Source: Terriglobales bacterium
GTDB taxonomy: Bacteria > Acidobacteriota > Terriglobia > Terriglobales > Acidobacteriaceae
DNA: 64,000 nucleotides
NCBI GenBank assembly: GCA_036513715.1
Contig: DATBYM010000071.1
Coordinates: 12,630-76,629 of the forward strand
Direction: 5' to 3'
The position numbers were made by a program, and so were the translations under genes. The notes beneath the pieces were generated by a model, which saw nothing but the letters and a program-made list of their open reading frames with translations, had not been told where the DNA came from and did no database searches. Below, piece after piece: positions 17,701 through 26,306 of the stretch (the stretch's first letter is position 1; the number at the start of each line of letters is the position of its first letter).

Positions 17701-17823
17701 GGCGAACAATGCTGGCTGAGAATGTTTGGTAACAATATTTCTAAATCCCGCAGGCTCAGGTCCAGAGCCCGCCCACGGGTTGCGACATCTTATCGGCTCG
17801 CGGGAAGCGCTGTCTCTAATCAA
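14752..17823 (-). CDS. Membrane-anchored pentahaem c-type cytochrome fused to C-terminal TPR repeats
   Basis: Five CxxCH motifs (CKRCH, CGGCH, CMMCH, CSSCH, CADCH), about 5 N-terminal TM helices, and C-terminal TPR repeats (..AHFFYAGVLRQEGNYDGAIQHL..). The likely true start is ATG 17691 (MNRALSLLIGF..). Confidence 0.9.
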   Translation of the reverse strand: MIRDSASREPIRCRNPWAGSGPEPAGFRNIVTKHSQPALFARLSMNRALSLLIGFLVASAIYLYTFPQANVFYAGVVLLHAVAGVVASVWLLLWLLRSWRQGEPLVRIGMILLFAGAIPGLALIYTGALRTEWTLVYVHLALSFLGAGLIFAARVGAARNANQAWLSRHTALRVAIVLAVLAALAPAARYLRETRWIQHARIQNPALPPLTMNGEGDGPNGPFFPSSAQVYGGEKIPSQFFMESDSCKRCHEDIYNQWNSSAHHFSSFNNQWYRKSIEYMQDTIGTKPSKWCGGCHDPAVLYAGKMDTPIKQIVHTPAAQAGLGCMMCHSIADVKSTMGQGDFYLEYPKLHELAASKNPVVRTLHDFLVKLNPEPHRRVFLKPFMRQQTAEFCSSCHKVHLDVPVNHYRWIRGFNEYDNWQASGVSGEGARSFYYPPKPQQCADCHMPLEPSTDMGNLAGKVHSHRFPGANTAVPTANEDAAQLKATADFLTSGALTVDIFALSPASAPIKSAPSKAGAAAEHELATTFAVGEEAEATARTPQADVTEAMPVTAPLNRVQPAVRRGDTVRVDVVVRTKRIGHFFPGGTVDAYDTWLELKGVDDNGQTIFWSGMVEDNGKGPVEKGAHFYRSLQVDAHGNPINKRNAWSTRAVVYVRLIPPGAADTVHFRMKIPEKTGSKITLTARLCYRKFSWFNTQFAFAGEHESGSSSNPVHVEATSALTTPDYDDAKATFTASLHGVSAKKEQIPDVPIVAVAQNEVSLDVLPANVPAPQPKMQLAKEDWQRWNDYGIGLLLQGDLKAAQAAFEKVTEADPANPDGWVNIGRAALQEGDTARARTVLETALALSPNLARAHFFYAGVLRQEGNYDGAIQHLTTVLAQYPRDRVALNNLGRTLFLERKYSDAVKTLQQVLAIDPEDLQAHYNLMLCYNGLGDKKMSKEHQARYLRFKADEASQAITGPYRQLNPEDNNERQSIHEHVSVPLPILNAAPSKRVAALQAPARNRVGTDAPTVVSAATNSRTPK

Positions 17824-17915
17824 AATAGACTAGGAGTTGTTTTCCTCAAACTGACTCCCTTGCTGCGCGGACGCTGCGGTTGACTCGGCGGCGAACGTTA
17901 GACTATGGATAAGTC

Positions 17916-18401
17916 GTGTCCGCCAACATTTCCGCGGTTGCCAAAACGCTGGTATTCACCGTGTTCGTGCCGGGAACTGTTGCTGGCTACGTGCCATGGC
18001 GGCTGCGGCGGGGTGCGGCACCAGTGACTGGCGTCGAAGCGTGGGCGGCTCTTGGCGTCATCGCCATAGGAATTGCGGTCTATCTCCACACGGCTTTCTG
18101 GGGCTTCGCTCTGATCGGCAGCGGAACGCCCGCACCGATCGCACCGACGAAGATTCTTGTGGTCAAAGGGCTGCATCGTTTTGTCCGGAATCCGATGTAT
18201 CTCGGAGTCGCGCTCATCATCGGCGGGCAGGCGTGGCTGTTTCACTCGTTGCACATCTTGATTTACATGGCGTGCATGCTGACGGTCGCGCACCTGTTTG
18301 TTGTTCTTTACGAGGAGCCGACACTGCGCAGGCAATTTGGCGAGGAATATGGCCGCTATCGCGCGGCGGTGCCGCGCTGGATTCCAAACTTCAGGGTTTA
18401 G
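17916..18401 (+). CDS. Isoprenylcysteine carboxyl methyltransferase (ICMT)/PEMT-like family membrane methyltransferase
   Basis: ..LVVKGLHRFVRNPMYLGVALII.. and ..EEPTLRRQFGEEYGRYRAAVPRWIP.. are family motifs. Confidence 0.85.
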   Translation: MSANISAVAKTLVFTVFVPGTVAGYVPWRLRRGAAPVTGVEAWAALGVIAIGIAVYLHTAFWGFALIGSGTPAPIAPTKILVVKGLHRFVRNPMYLGVALIIGGQAWLFHSLHILIYMACMLTVAHLFVVLYEEPTLRRQFGEEYGRYRAAVPRWIPNFRV

Positions 18402-18426
18402 GAACACGAACTGCACCTTCAGGAAC

Positions 18427-18457
18427 TGTCATCCCCTCGCTTCGCTCGGGGATGGCA
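18427..18457. repeat. REP-like GC-rich hairpin between convergent genes (possible bidirectional terminator)
   Basis: tgtCATCCCCtcgcttcgctcGGGGATGgca. It shares the core CTCGCTTCGCTC with the element near 20188. Confidence 0.5.
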
Positions 18458-18491
18458 AATTTTCCGACAGGGGACGGCACAGCTGCTCGCT

Positions 18492-20069
18492 CTAAAGTTT
18501 TCGGCGCCACAGGGCTCCGGCTGAGCGAATACCGGCCTTGAGCTTCTGACGCAACGGGCGTGCGTAGAGCAGGTCGAGGAAGCTTTCCATTTCGTCCGCG
18601 AATTCCCCGCCATAGCCGAACCACCAGATTTTTTTCATGCGCGGCAGCAAATCGCTGTCGATATATTTCAGGCGCACCATTTCTTCCAGGCCGCAGCGAC
18701 CGTGGGTGCGGCCCAGGCCGCTTGATTTAACACCTCCATGCGGAGCTTCGCTGATGCTGAAACACGAGACTGCGTCGTTCACCATCACTGTGCCGGCGTA
18801 AATCTGGCGCGCGAGGCGCTCGCCGCGGGCGCGATCGCGCGTCCAAATGCTGGCGGCGAGTCCATAGTCGGAATCATTGGCTAAGCGCACGGCTTCAGCA
18901 TCGTTGCTGAAGGGCGCAATCGGGAGCACGGGGCCGAAAGTCTCTGCGTCTTTCTGCATGACGCGCATGCCGTGATCGACATCGGCTATTACTGTCGGAG
19001 AAAAAAATGTTGGGCCGAGGTCGCGCAAGCGCGCTCCTCCGGCGAGCACGCGCGCGCCGCGCTGCCGCGCGTCTTCCACGTGTGCTTCAACTACGCGCAC
19101 CTGGCGCTCGTGGATCATGGGGCCAATTTCAGTCGCCGGATCCATGCCATTGCCGACGCGCAGTTTGCGCGCCTTTTCGGCACAGGCGTCCAGGAACGCC
19201 GAATATAAACTCTGATGCACATAGCAGCGTTCGACCGAAAGGCAAGTCTGGCCGGCGTTTACGAACGCTCCCCAGACGGCGCCGCTCGAAGCGACGTCGA
19301 CATCGGCGTCTTCGAGGACGATCATCGGGTCTTTGCCGCCGAGTTCGAGCACCACCGGAAGCAGGCGTTGGGCGGCGACTTGGGCGATTCGCCGGCCCGT
19401 GGCAACGTTGCCGGTGAAAACCAGTTTGTCGATTTCGCTCTCTACGAGCGTCGCTCCCGTTTCGCCTTCGCCCGGTAGCACCTGAAAGATATCGGCGGGA
19501 ACTCCTGCCTGGCGGAGCAGTGCTTGCAGCTCGAGCGCGATCAGCGGCGTCAACTCGGAAGGCTTGAGCAGAACGGCATTTCCTGCGACCAGAGCTGCCA
19601 GAGTTTCGGTTGCCGGAATCGAGAAAGGATAATTCCACGGCGAGATGATTCCGACGACGCCATAAGGCTCGCGCAGGATGCGACCGGCCTTCGACTTCAT
19701 GACGAGATTGCCGTGCTCGAGCTTTTCGTCGCGCAGGATCGCGAAGGCGTTGTCGATGAGGAATCGTGCCGCATCGAGCACAACGAGAACTTCGGTGAGC
19801 AGAGCTTCGACCTGGGGCTTGCCTGCCTCCTGCGTGATGCGACGCGCGATGTCAGTCTTGCGCGCGAGAAGAATCTGCTGAAATCGGCGCAGCACCTTAA
19901 TGCGATTGTGGATGCCCCAGGCGTTCCAGTCGGGTTGAGCGGCGCGAGCGCGAGCGACCGCGGCACGCACTTCGGTTGGGCCAGCGGTATCGAGTTCGCC
20001 CAAAACCTCACCTGTCGCAGGGTTCACAGAGGCAATGCGGGTGACGACGAATTCGACGTTGCCGACCAT
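18492..20069 (-). CDS. NAD(P)+-dependent aldehyde dehydrogenase family protein
   Basis: 525-aa ORF with ALDH motifs (..FTGNVATGRRI.., ..ELGGKDP.., ..NAGQTCLSVERCYV..). Confidence 0.95.
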   Translation of the reverse strand: MVGNVEFVVTRIASVNPATGEVLGELDTAGPTEVRAAVARARAAQPDWNAWGIHNRIKVLRRFQQILLARKTDIARRITQEAGKPQVEALLTEVLVVLDAARFLIDNAFAILRDEKLEHGNLVMKSKAGRILREPYGVVGIISPWNYPFSIPATETLAALVAGNAVLLKPSELTPLIALELQALLRQAGVPADIFQVLPGEGETGATLVESEIDKLVFTGNVATGRRIAQVAAQRLLPVVLELGGKDPMIVLEDADVDVASSGAVWGAFVNAGQTCLSVERCYVHQSLYSAFLDACAEKARKLRVGNGMDPATEIGPMIHERQVRVVEAHVEDARQRGARVLAGGARLRDLGPTFFSPTVIADVDHGMRVMQKDAETFGPVLPIAPFSNDAEAVRLANDSDYGLAASIWTRDRARGERLARQIYAGTVMVNDAVSCFSISEAPHGGVKSSGLGRTHGRCGLEEMVRLKYIDSDLLPRMKKIWWFGYGGEFADEMESFLDLLYARPLRQKLKAGIRSAGALWRRKL

Positions 20070-20187
20070 CTCGGAAGAAGTTTACGCGGGATGCGGCGGC
20101 GGCGCTAGAGTGTTCATCTTTACTTGCGAAAGGTCATGCCTGGCGAGGCGACGGGCTTGTGTATTCCTGCTCGGCGAGCGAATGCAT

Positions 20188-20240
20188 GGGTCCCTTCGGC
20201 AAGCTCAGGGCAGGCTCTTCGCTTCGCTCAGGATGACAAA
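20188..20240. repeat. REP-like extragenic element (..gctcagggcaggctcttcgcttcgctcaggatgac..)
   Basis: It resembles the widespread soil-bacterial extragenic repeat that translates as ..AQG.L..SLRMT.. Only one copy of this form occurs in the window. Confidence 0.3.
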
Positions 20241-20259
20241 TCTTAAGGGGCCGTTGCCC

Positions 20260-21081
20260 TCAGTATTCGACTGCGACGAGGTACAGGCCGCTGGCGGGCG
20301 CGGTGGGGCCGGCTGCGGTGCGCTCACGCGCATCGAGTATGCGGCGAAAGTCTTCCAGGGTTACAGTTCCCTTCCCCATTAACAGAAATGTGCCGACTAG
20401 GTTGCGGACCATGTGATGAAGGAATCCGCTGCCGCGCACGGTGTAGATGAGTTCGTCGCCTTCACGCGACCACGACGAAAAATAGATCGTCCGAACATTC
20501 GTTGTGGTATGGGTGGGTGCATCGGTGCTGGTCGCAACATCGCTTGCAGCATCAATGGGCAAAACGCTCTCGCCGGCAGCTATGCGTTTCACCCGCTCCG
20601 GATCGACTGCCGCAAACGACGTGAAATCATGTTCGCCCACCACCGCGCAGGCGGCCGCCATCATCGCCGATTCGCCCAGAGGATAGGGGTAGTGCCAGAC
20701 GTAACGCGCCAGAAACGGTGAACAGATCGGCGCGCGCAGAATGCGATAACGATAAGTTTTGGCTCGGGCGGACTTGCGCGCGTGAAAGTCGGATGACGCC
20801 TCGCTCACCTCAAGCACGCGGATCGCAGGCGGCAGAATGTCGTTCAGGACGCGCAACCAGTTTTCCGCCGGAATCGCCGACGCGGTGTTAAAACTCGCGA
20901 CTTGAGCGAGCGCGTGCACGCCCGCGTCGGTGCGGCCTGAGCCTTGAGGCAGTACATTTTCGCCGGTCACACGTCCAATGGCTGAGGCGAGCGCGCCCTG
21001 AACCGTCTCACGGCCGGGTTGCACCTGCCAGCCGGCGAAGTCGGCGCCATCATAAGAAAGAATCACTCTGAGATTACGCAC
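20260..21081 (-). CDS. truA: tRNA pseudouridine(38-40) synthase TruA
   Basis: ..ILSYDGADFAGWQVQPG.. and the catalytic ..GRTDAGVHALAQV.. motif. Confidence 0.95.
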   Translation of the reverse strand: MRNLRVILSYDGADFAGWQVQPGRETVQGALASAIGRVTGENVLPQGSGRTDAGVHALAQVASFNTASAIPAENWLRVLNDILPPAIRVLEVSEASSDFHARKSARAKTYRYRILRAPICSPFLARYVWHYPYPLGESAMMAAACAVVGEHDFTSFAAVDPERVKRIAAGESVLPIDAASDVATSTDAPTHTTTNVRTIYFSSWSREGDELIYTVRGSGFLHHMVRNLVGTFLLMGKGTVTLEDFRRILDARERTAAGPTAPASGLYLVAVEY

Positions 21082-21387
21082 GTTCTTTTCGAATCCTCGG
21101 CTGCATGGGCAACATCATTGTGAGTTACAAACCGGCTGCCTCGTCACAGAAAGCGCGGCGGCGCGTCAGCTATACTATTTCACTTAAGCTCAATTTATTT
21201 GCAATCCAGTTATTCGCGACCAAGGTGCTGGGAACATTGTCTTTTCCGCCGTCGCCGATTGGACGACTGCAAGGAGAAGATTGCAAGGAACTCTTGCCTA
21301 TCGCCCTGCGTATAAGAGGATGTCGGCGAAATCGCGGACCACTGCGTCCCGTGCCCTCAAGCCTGACCGGTTGAGGCAGATCACTGA

Positions 21388-23502
21388 TTGTCACCAATGG
21401 AGATGATGCGAATGCAAAGTTTTACAGTGTTGACCGGGTTTCGGCGGGCTGCCGTTTTTTTCCTTGCTGCCATCTTCTTTACTGTAGTGCTGGTGCCTGC
21501 GGGATCCGCGCAAGATACGCCGGTGCCGAGCGCGCCGTCGCCGCAGATGCCGGCGCAGAGAGCTGTATCGCCCTCGTCATCGACGCAGCCTTTTGATGTA
21601 CAGGAATATTCGAAACCGAAGTCGCACTTCCCTAATCTGGTTGCTCCCTACACTCCGCGGCGCGTAGAAGCGCCGAACCTCGCCAACACGCCCCGCATCG
21701 ACGAACTCATGCATGACGGCAAACTCTATATTTCGATGAACGACGCGGTCGCCTTGGCGCTCGAAAATAACCTCGACATCGCGATCGCGCGCTACAACCT
21801 GAATATTGCCGACACCGATGTGTGGCGCGCCAAATCGGGCTTCAACACCATTCTCGGCGTCAACAACGGCGTGGTGCAAAATACGCCCGGCGGCGGCGTA
21901 GGCGGACTGGGCACTCAGGTGGGGTCGGGTCAGGGCGGAACGTCGGTTGGTGCGGGCGGCGCGGGAGCCGGAACGAGCGGGCTGGTTCAGTCCACTCTGG
22001 GCAGCGGGCCGCTTATTACCAGCTTCGATCCGATCCTCACGGGCACTTTGCAAAATGATCACCTAGGCATTATCTGCACCAGCCCCTTCTGCGGTCCTCA
22101 TCAGAACACCGCGACCGGGAACTTTACCTACACTCAGGGATTCCAGTGGGGCACGAACGTATCGGTCGGCTTCAACAACACCCGCGTAACCTCGGATAAC
22201 CCTTACAATGCGTTCACTCCGCTACTTAATTCCAGTTTCCAGTTCAAGCTGACGCAGCACCTGTTGCAGGGTTTCGGATTCGCGGCCAATGACCGCTTTA
22301 TCAGGATCGCGAAAAACAATCGTGAAATTTCGGATGTCGCATTCCGCCTACAAATCACAACTACGGTTGACCAAATTGAAAATATGTACTGGGATCTGGT
22401 GTATGCGTACGAGAATGTGCGGGTGCAGAAAGAACAACTGGCTTTTGCGCAGAAAACACTTTCTGACAGCAGGAAGCAGGTGGAAATCGGAACCCTCGCG
22501 CCGATCGAGGTGGTGCGCGCCCAGAGTACGGTTGCTTCCGATCAGCAAACCCTGACGGTGGCGTTGACCAACCTCCAATTGCAACAGCTCCTCATGAAGA
22601 ATGCTCTGAGCCGCTCGCTGGTCGACCAGGTGCTAGCCGACGCCGAAGTAATTCCTACTTCGACGATGGAGTTGCCGGCGCAGGAAGCGGTTATACCCAC
22701 GCAGGATCTGGTAAACGATGCGCTGAGTCATCGCCCCGAACTCGCGGAACAGCGTATCAATCTTGCGAATACGGACATCAGTAATAAAGCGATTAGGAGT
22801 GCTTTGTTGCCTACCGTGGATCTGTTTGCCTATTACGGCGGAAATGGTCAAGGCGGGAATTCGAATCCTAACTACGTATGTACTAGCACCACTGAATTTC
22901 CGGTCTGCGGCCTCACCAGTCCTGCCCCGGTTCCGCCCAGCGTTTCTTACCCTGGTACATTGAACCAACTCGTTAACTCCACCGCTTCTGACAAGGGCGC
23001 GGGCATCGCCATCAATATTCCGTTGCGCAACCGAGCGGCGCAGTCGGTTCAAGTGCGAGGCGAGTTCGAATACCGCCAAGCCCAACTGCGCATTCAGCAG
23101 ATCGAGAACCAATTGCGGATCGAGGTGCGCAATGCGCAGTTTGGCGTACAGCAGAATCGCGCCAGCGTCGCTTCCGCCCAAGCGGCCGTCGATCTGGCGC
23201 GCCAGTCGCTCGACGCGGAACAAAAGAAATATGCGCTCGGGGCATCGACTTCTACTCTCGTTCTCCAGAATCAGGCGGCAATGACGCAGGCCGAAGTTAC
23301 GCTCGTCTCCGCCAAGGCCCTTTACGAAAAGGCCGAGGTCGAATTGGAGCGTTCAACCGGCCTTCTGCTCGATCACGCCGGTATATTGATCGGCGATGCC
23401 GAGCGGGGACAGGTTACGCACGCGCCGAGTATTCCTCACGTGGCGGCCCGGCCTGCCGACAAGCCGATGCCGGCGAACCCTCCGGCGCAGCCGCAGCAGT
23501 AG
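21388..23502 (+). CDS. TolC-family outer-membrane efflux protein
   Basis: Signal peptide, ..AVALALENNLDIAIARYN.., and two OEP repeats. A Gly-rich insert and a Pro-rich C-terminal tail are present. The start is ambiguous (TTG 21388 or ATG 21397-21412). Confidence 0.9.
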   Translation: MSPMEMMRMQSFTVLTGFRRAAVFFLAAIFFTVVLVPAGSAQDTPVPSAPSPQMPAQRAVSPSSSTQPFDVQEYSKPKSHFPNLVAPYTPRRVEAPNLANTPRIDELMHDGKLYISMNDAVALALENNLDIAIARYNLNIADTDVWRAKSGFNTILGVNNGVVQNTPGGGVGGLGTQVGSGQGGTSVGAGGAGAGTSGLVQSTLGSGPLITSFDPILTGTLQNDHLGIICTSPFCGPHQNTATGNFTYTQGFQWGTNVSVGFNNTRVTSDNPYNAFTPLLNSSFQFKLTQHLLQGFGFAANDRFIRIAKNNREISDVAFRLQITTTVDQIENMYWDLVYAYENVRVQKEQLAFAQKTLSDSRKQVEIGTLAPIEVVRAQSTVASDQQTLTVALTNLQLQQLLMKNALSRSLVDQVLADAEVIPTSTMELPAQEAVIPTQDLVNDALSHRPELAEQRINLANTDISNKAIRSALLPTVDLFAYYGGNGQGGNSNPNYVCTSTTEFPVCGLTSPAPVPPSVSYPGTLNQLVNSTASDKGAGIAINIPLRNRAAQSVQVRGEFEYRQAQLRIQQIENQLRIEVRNAQFGVQQNRASVASAQAAVDLARQSLDAEQKKYALGASTSTLVLQNQAAMTQAEVTLVSAKALYEKAEVELERSTGLLLDHAGILIGDAERGQVTHAPSIPHVAARPADKPMPANPPAQPQQ

Positions 23503-23612
23503 GGCGCTATCGCAACTCGCGTTTAAGCAGCGAAGCGCCGGGGCTCGCATCCCGGCGTTTCTCTTTTGCGCCGCGCTGACTCTCGCGTATTCTCTCTCGG
23601 TAGGAATTCTGT

Positions 23613-24431
23613 GTGATCCTCTCCGTCGTCGTCATCACTCATAACGAGGAAGTCAATATCGCGCGCGCGCTCGCCAGCGCGCAGCCGCTGGTTGCCGACG
23701 GCAAAGGCGAGATCATCGTGGTCGATTCTGGCTCGACCGACCGCACCGTCAAGATCTCGAAATCGTTCGGGGCGAAAGTATTCATTGAAAAATGGAAGGG
23801 CTACGCCGCGCAGAAGAATTCGGCGATCGAGAAAGCTGAGGGAGATTGGATTTTGAGTTTGGATGCGGACGAAGAGGTCGGCGCGGGAATGCGAGAGTTC
23901 CTACTCCTTGCCCTCTTCGGAAGACATCAGGAAGAGTTCGCCGATTTTCAAGGTGGGATGATCTTTGCTCGACGCAATTGTTTTCTAGGGCGTCCGATGC
24001 GGCATGGCGGCTTTTATCCGGACCCGAAGCTGCGCTTGATCCGGCGCGGGTGCGCGCGCTTCGAAGATCGTCTGGTTCACGAGGATTTCCGCCTCAACCA
24101 TGGTGTCGAATATAAGCCTTCTCTGTATTACGAAATGGGCGGCCCGATCGAGATCATCCACCACTCCTATCCCACCCTCGCCGACTACATCGACCACATG
24201 AACCGCTATTCCTCCCTTGGTGCGGAGATGGCAGTCGCTAAAGGCCCGCGCGGCTTCAGCGTGTTCAACATCGTCTTGCGGCCAATCGCCACCTTCACCT
24301 ACAACTATTTTCTTCGACTCGGATTTCTCGACGGCCGCGAAGGATTGCTTCTGCACCTCTATCATGCCGTTTACGTGTCGTGGAAATATGCGAAGGCGTG
24401 GGAACTCTCGCGGTCGAGAGAATCACGGTAG
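23613..24431 (+). CDS. Family 2 glycosyltransferase
   Basis: ..LSVVVITHNEEVNIARAL..VVDSGSTDRT..LSLDADE.. are GT2 motifs. Confidence 0.9.
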   Translation: MILSVVVITHNEEVNIARALASAQPLVADGKGEIIVVDSGSTDRTVKISKSFGAKVFIEKWKGYAAQKNSAIEKAEGDWILSLDADEEVGAGMREFLLLALFGRHQEEFADFQGGMIFARRNCFLGRPMRHGGFYPDPKLRLIRRGCARFEDRLVHEDFRLNHGVEYKPSLYYEMGGPIEIIHHSYPTLADYIDHMNRYSSLGAEMAVAKGPRGFSVFNIVLRPIATFTYNYFLRLGFLDGREGLLLHLYHAVYVSWKYAKAWELSRSRESR

Positions 24432-24670
24432 AAACCAAGGCTGCATCTCGGAAACTGATCCACGCCAGCATTTTGGTCGCGCGATTCTTTTTTTCTTGCT
24501 CGCGACAACTTCCCTCTACAAGCTGGGTTTGAATCAAACGAGGCTAAGCAGCTTCCCGGTTGGGATCCCAGCGGTGCATTGTGAGCTGCCCTGACGTCGT
24601 CTTCCAGCGTCAACGGGCGGTTCATCCCCCACAATCAGCTTCACAACCTTCACCAACTTTGAGGAGACTT

Positions 24671-25381
24671 ATGAAACTTCGCAGGAGTGTCGTTTTGCTC
24701 GCAACTCTGTGTCTCGCGCTCGGAGCCTCCAGCTTCGCCGCCGATAACGCTTACCTTTACATCGTGCAGGGGATTCCGGGCTACGATGTTTCCAAGAACC
24801 TCAATCCCGGCTATCCGGTCGACATTTTGATCGATGGCGACTGCCTGGTGCGCGGATTGACCTTCAGCAGTACCAGCGGGCCCCTTAGTTTTGCCGGCGG
24901 AACCTACGACGTGCAGATCAGCGAAGCCAATTCGCTTGCGCCCTGCACCAATACGGCAGTGATCAGTTCGCAGGTAATGTTGAAATCTACAGACAGTACG
25001 ACAATCGCAGCCGCCCTCAACGGTAGCGGTCAGCCCGCTCTGCTGCAATTCGCTGACGACTTCTCTCCGATAGCGTCGGGCAACGCGCGTTTCGTCTTCG
25101 CGAACGCGGCCGATGCGCCGACCCTGCAAGCCACGCTTACGCAGGTGGGTGTGAAGAATCCGAAAACTTACACGGTTACAGCGGCTGCGGGCGCAGAGGG
25201 CTCAACCAGCGTAACGGCTGGCACCTATTTCGTGCAGGTGACCGCTTCCGGTAGCACAACTGTTCTGACGTCGGAGCAGATCGATCTGACGGATCAGTCT
25301 GCCACCTTTACTTATGCGGCGGGTGAGGCATCCAACAATTCTGTTGGATTGATCAATCGAGCCGTCCGGGACGTGTTCTAG
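24671..25381 (+). CDS. Secreted protein, DUF4397-like two-repeat beta protein (tentative)
   Basis: ATG 24671 follows GAGGAG. Signal peptide MKLRRSVVLLATLCLALGASSFA. Two repeats each carry a GTY.VQ(I/V) motif. The tracked ORF starts further upstream at 24560. Confidence 0.7.
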   Translation: MKLRRSVVLLATLCLALGASSFAADNAYLYIVQGIPGYDVSKNLNPGYPVDILIDGDCLVRGLTFSSTSGPLSFAGGTYDVQISEANSLAPCTNTAVISSQVMLKSTDSTTIAAALNGSGQPALLQFADDFSPIASGNARFVFANAADAPTLQATLTQVGVKNPKTYTVTAAAGAEGSTSVTAGTYFVQVTASGSTTVLTSEQIDLTDQSATFTYAAGEASNNSVGLINRAVRDVF

Positions 25382-25467
25382 ATGGCAAAGTATCAACTGG
25401 GGCCGAGCTTGGGCGGCCCTTTCTTCGAATCTCTTGAACACGAAAATAGAGAAGCGACTCGCGAATC

Positions 25468-26253
25468 TTAAACGCAGTCCGTTCTCAGAGTGATGCGCAT
25501 GATGTCGTATTTTACTTCCACTACCCGTTGCGGAAACTTCGACTCAACATAGGTCTTCACATCTGCGACAGTCGGAATCCCGTCGCAGCCCGTCAGTCCG
25601 CGCGCATCGTCGAGCAGGATCATGTGGCGGTAAGGATGGCTGAGGATCATCTCGAGCTCGGCCGACAAGCGCTGCTGGTCGCCTCGTTTGCCGACCCAAC
25701 CGTAGTAGCCGGCATCGAGCCAGAAAAGCGCGGGGTCGGTCAGCAAGGCGAGCACGTCGGGCATGACGACGCGGCTGTCACCACAGAAGATGCGCACATG
25801 CGGGTGGCGTGCGAATTTGCGAGTCGCTCGCTCGGCCAGCTCGGGGACAAATTCTATCGAGTAGATGCGATCGAAATGGCCTTTCAGGGCCGCTACCATC
25901 TCGCCATAGTAAGTTCCGGTTTCGACTAGAGTCTCGAGCGCAAATTTCTCGCCATATTCGCGCACAACTTTCTGCTTCAGAAGATGCGGAGAGCGGGACG
26001 GCCGGCCACGGAGAATCCAATACCAATAATCGGGATAGTGGCCGAGCGCCTTATACGCGCCGTAGAACGGAGTACGTTGCAATAACTGCCGGAATGCCTT
26101 CAGAATTCCTCCGCTTGAGTAGGTCAAGAATAGGGGCGCGCGAAAAGCGGCGTCAAGGGAGCCTGCAAAATCTTTAGGACGATGGAACGATGTAAAACAT
26201 GGGGAGCCTTCAACCTCGCCAACCGCTTGGTCGGTCGCGCCATTTTGCAGCAC
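25468..26253 (-). CDS. Class I SAM-dependent methyltransferase-like protein
   Basis: ..LVETGTYYGEMVAAL..IYSIEFVPELA..LFWLDAGYYGW..ILLDDARG.. The start is uncertain because no internal ATG precedes the fold. Confidence 0.7.
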   Translation of the reverse strand: MLQNGATDQAVGEVEGSPCFTSFHRPKDFAGSLDAAFRAPLFLTYSSGGILKAFRQLLQRTPFYGAYKALGHYPDYWYWILRGRPSRSPHLLKQKVVREYGEKFALETLVETGTYYGEMVAALKGHFDRIYSIEFVPELAERATRKFARHPHVRIFCGDSRVVMPDVLALLTDPALFWLDAGYYGWVGKRGDQQRLSAELEMILSHPYRHMILLDDARGLTGCDGIPTVADVKTYVESKFPQRVVEVKYDIMRITLRTDCV

Positions 26254-26306
26254 CGCGCCGCTACTCTATCATCAAGGGCAGGGTATGAATGAAGTAGGTA
26301 AAAGAG

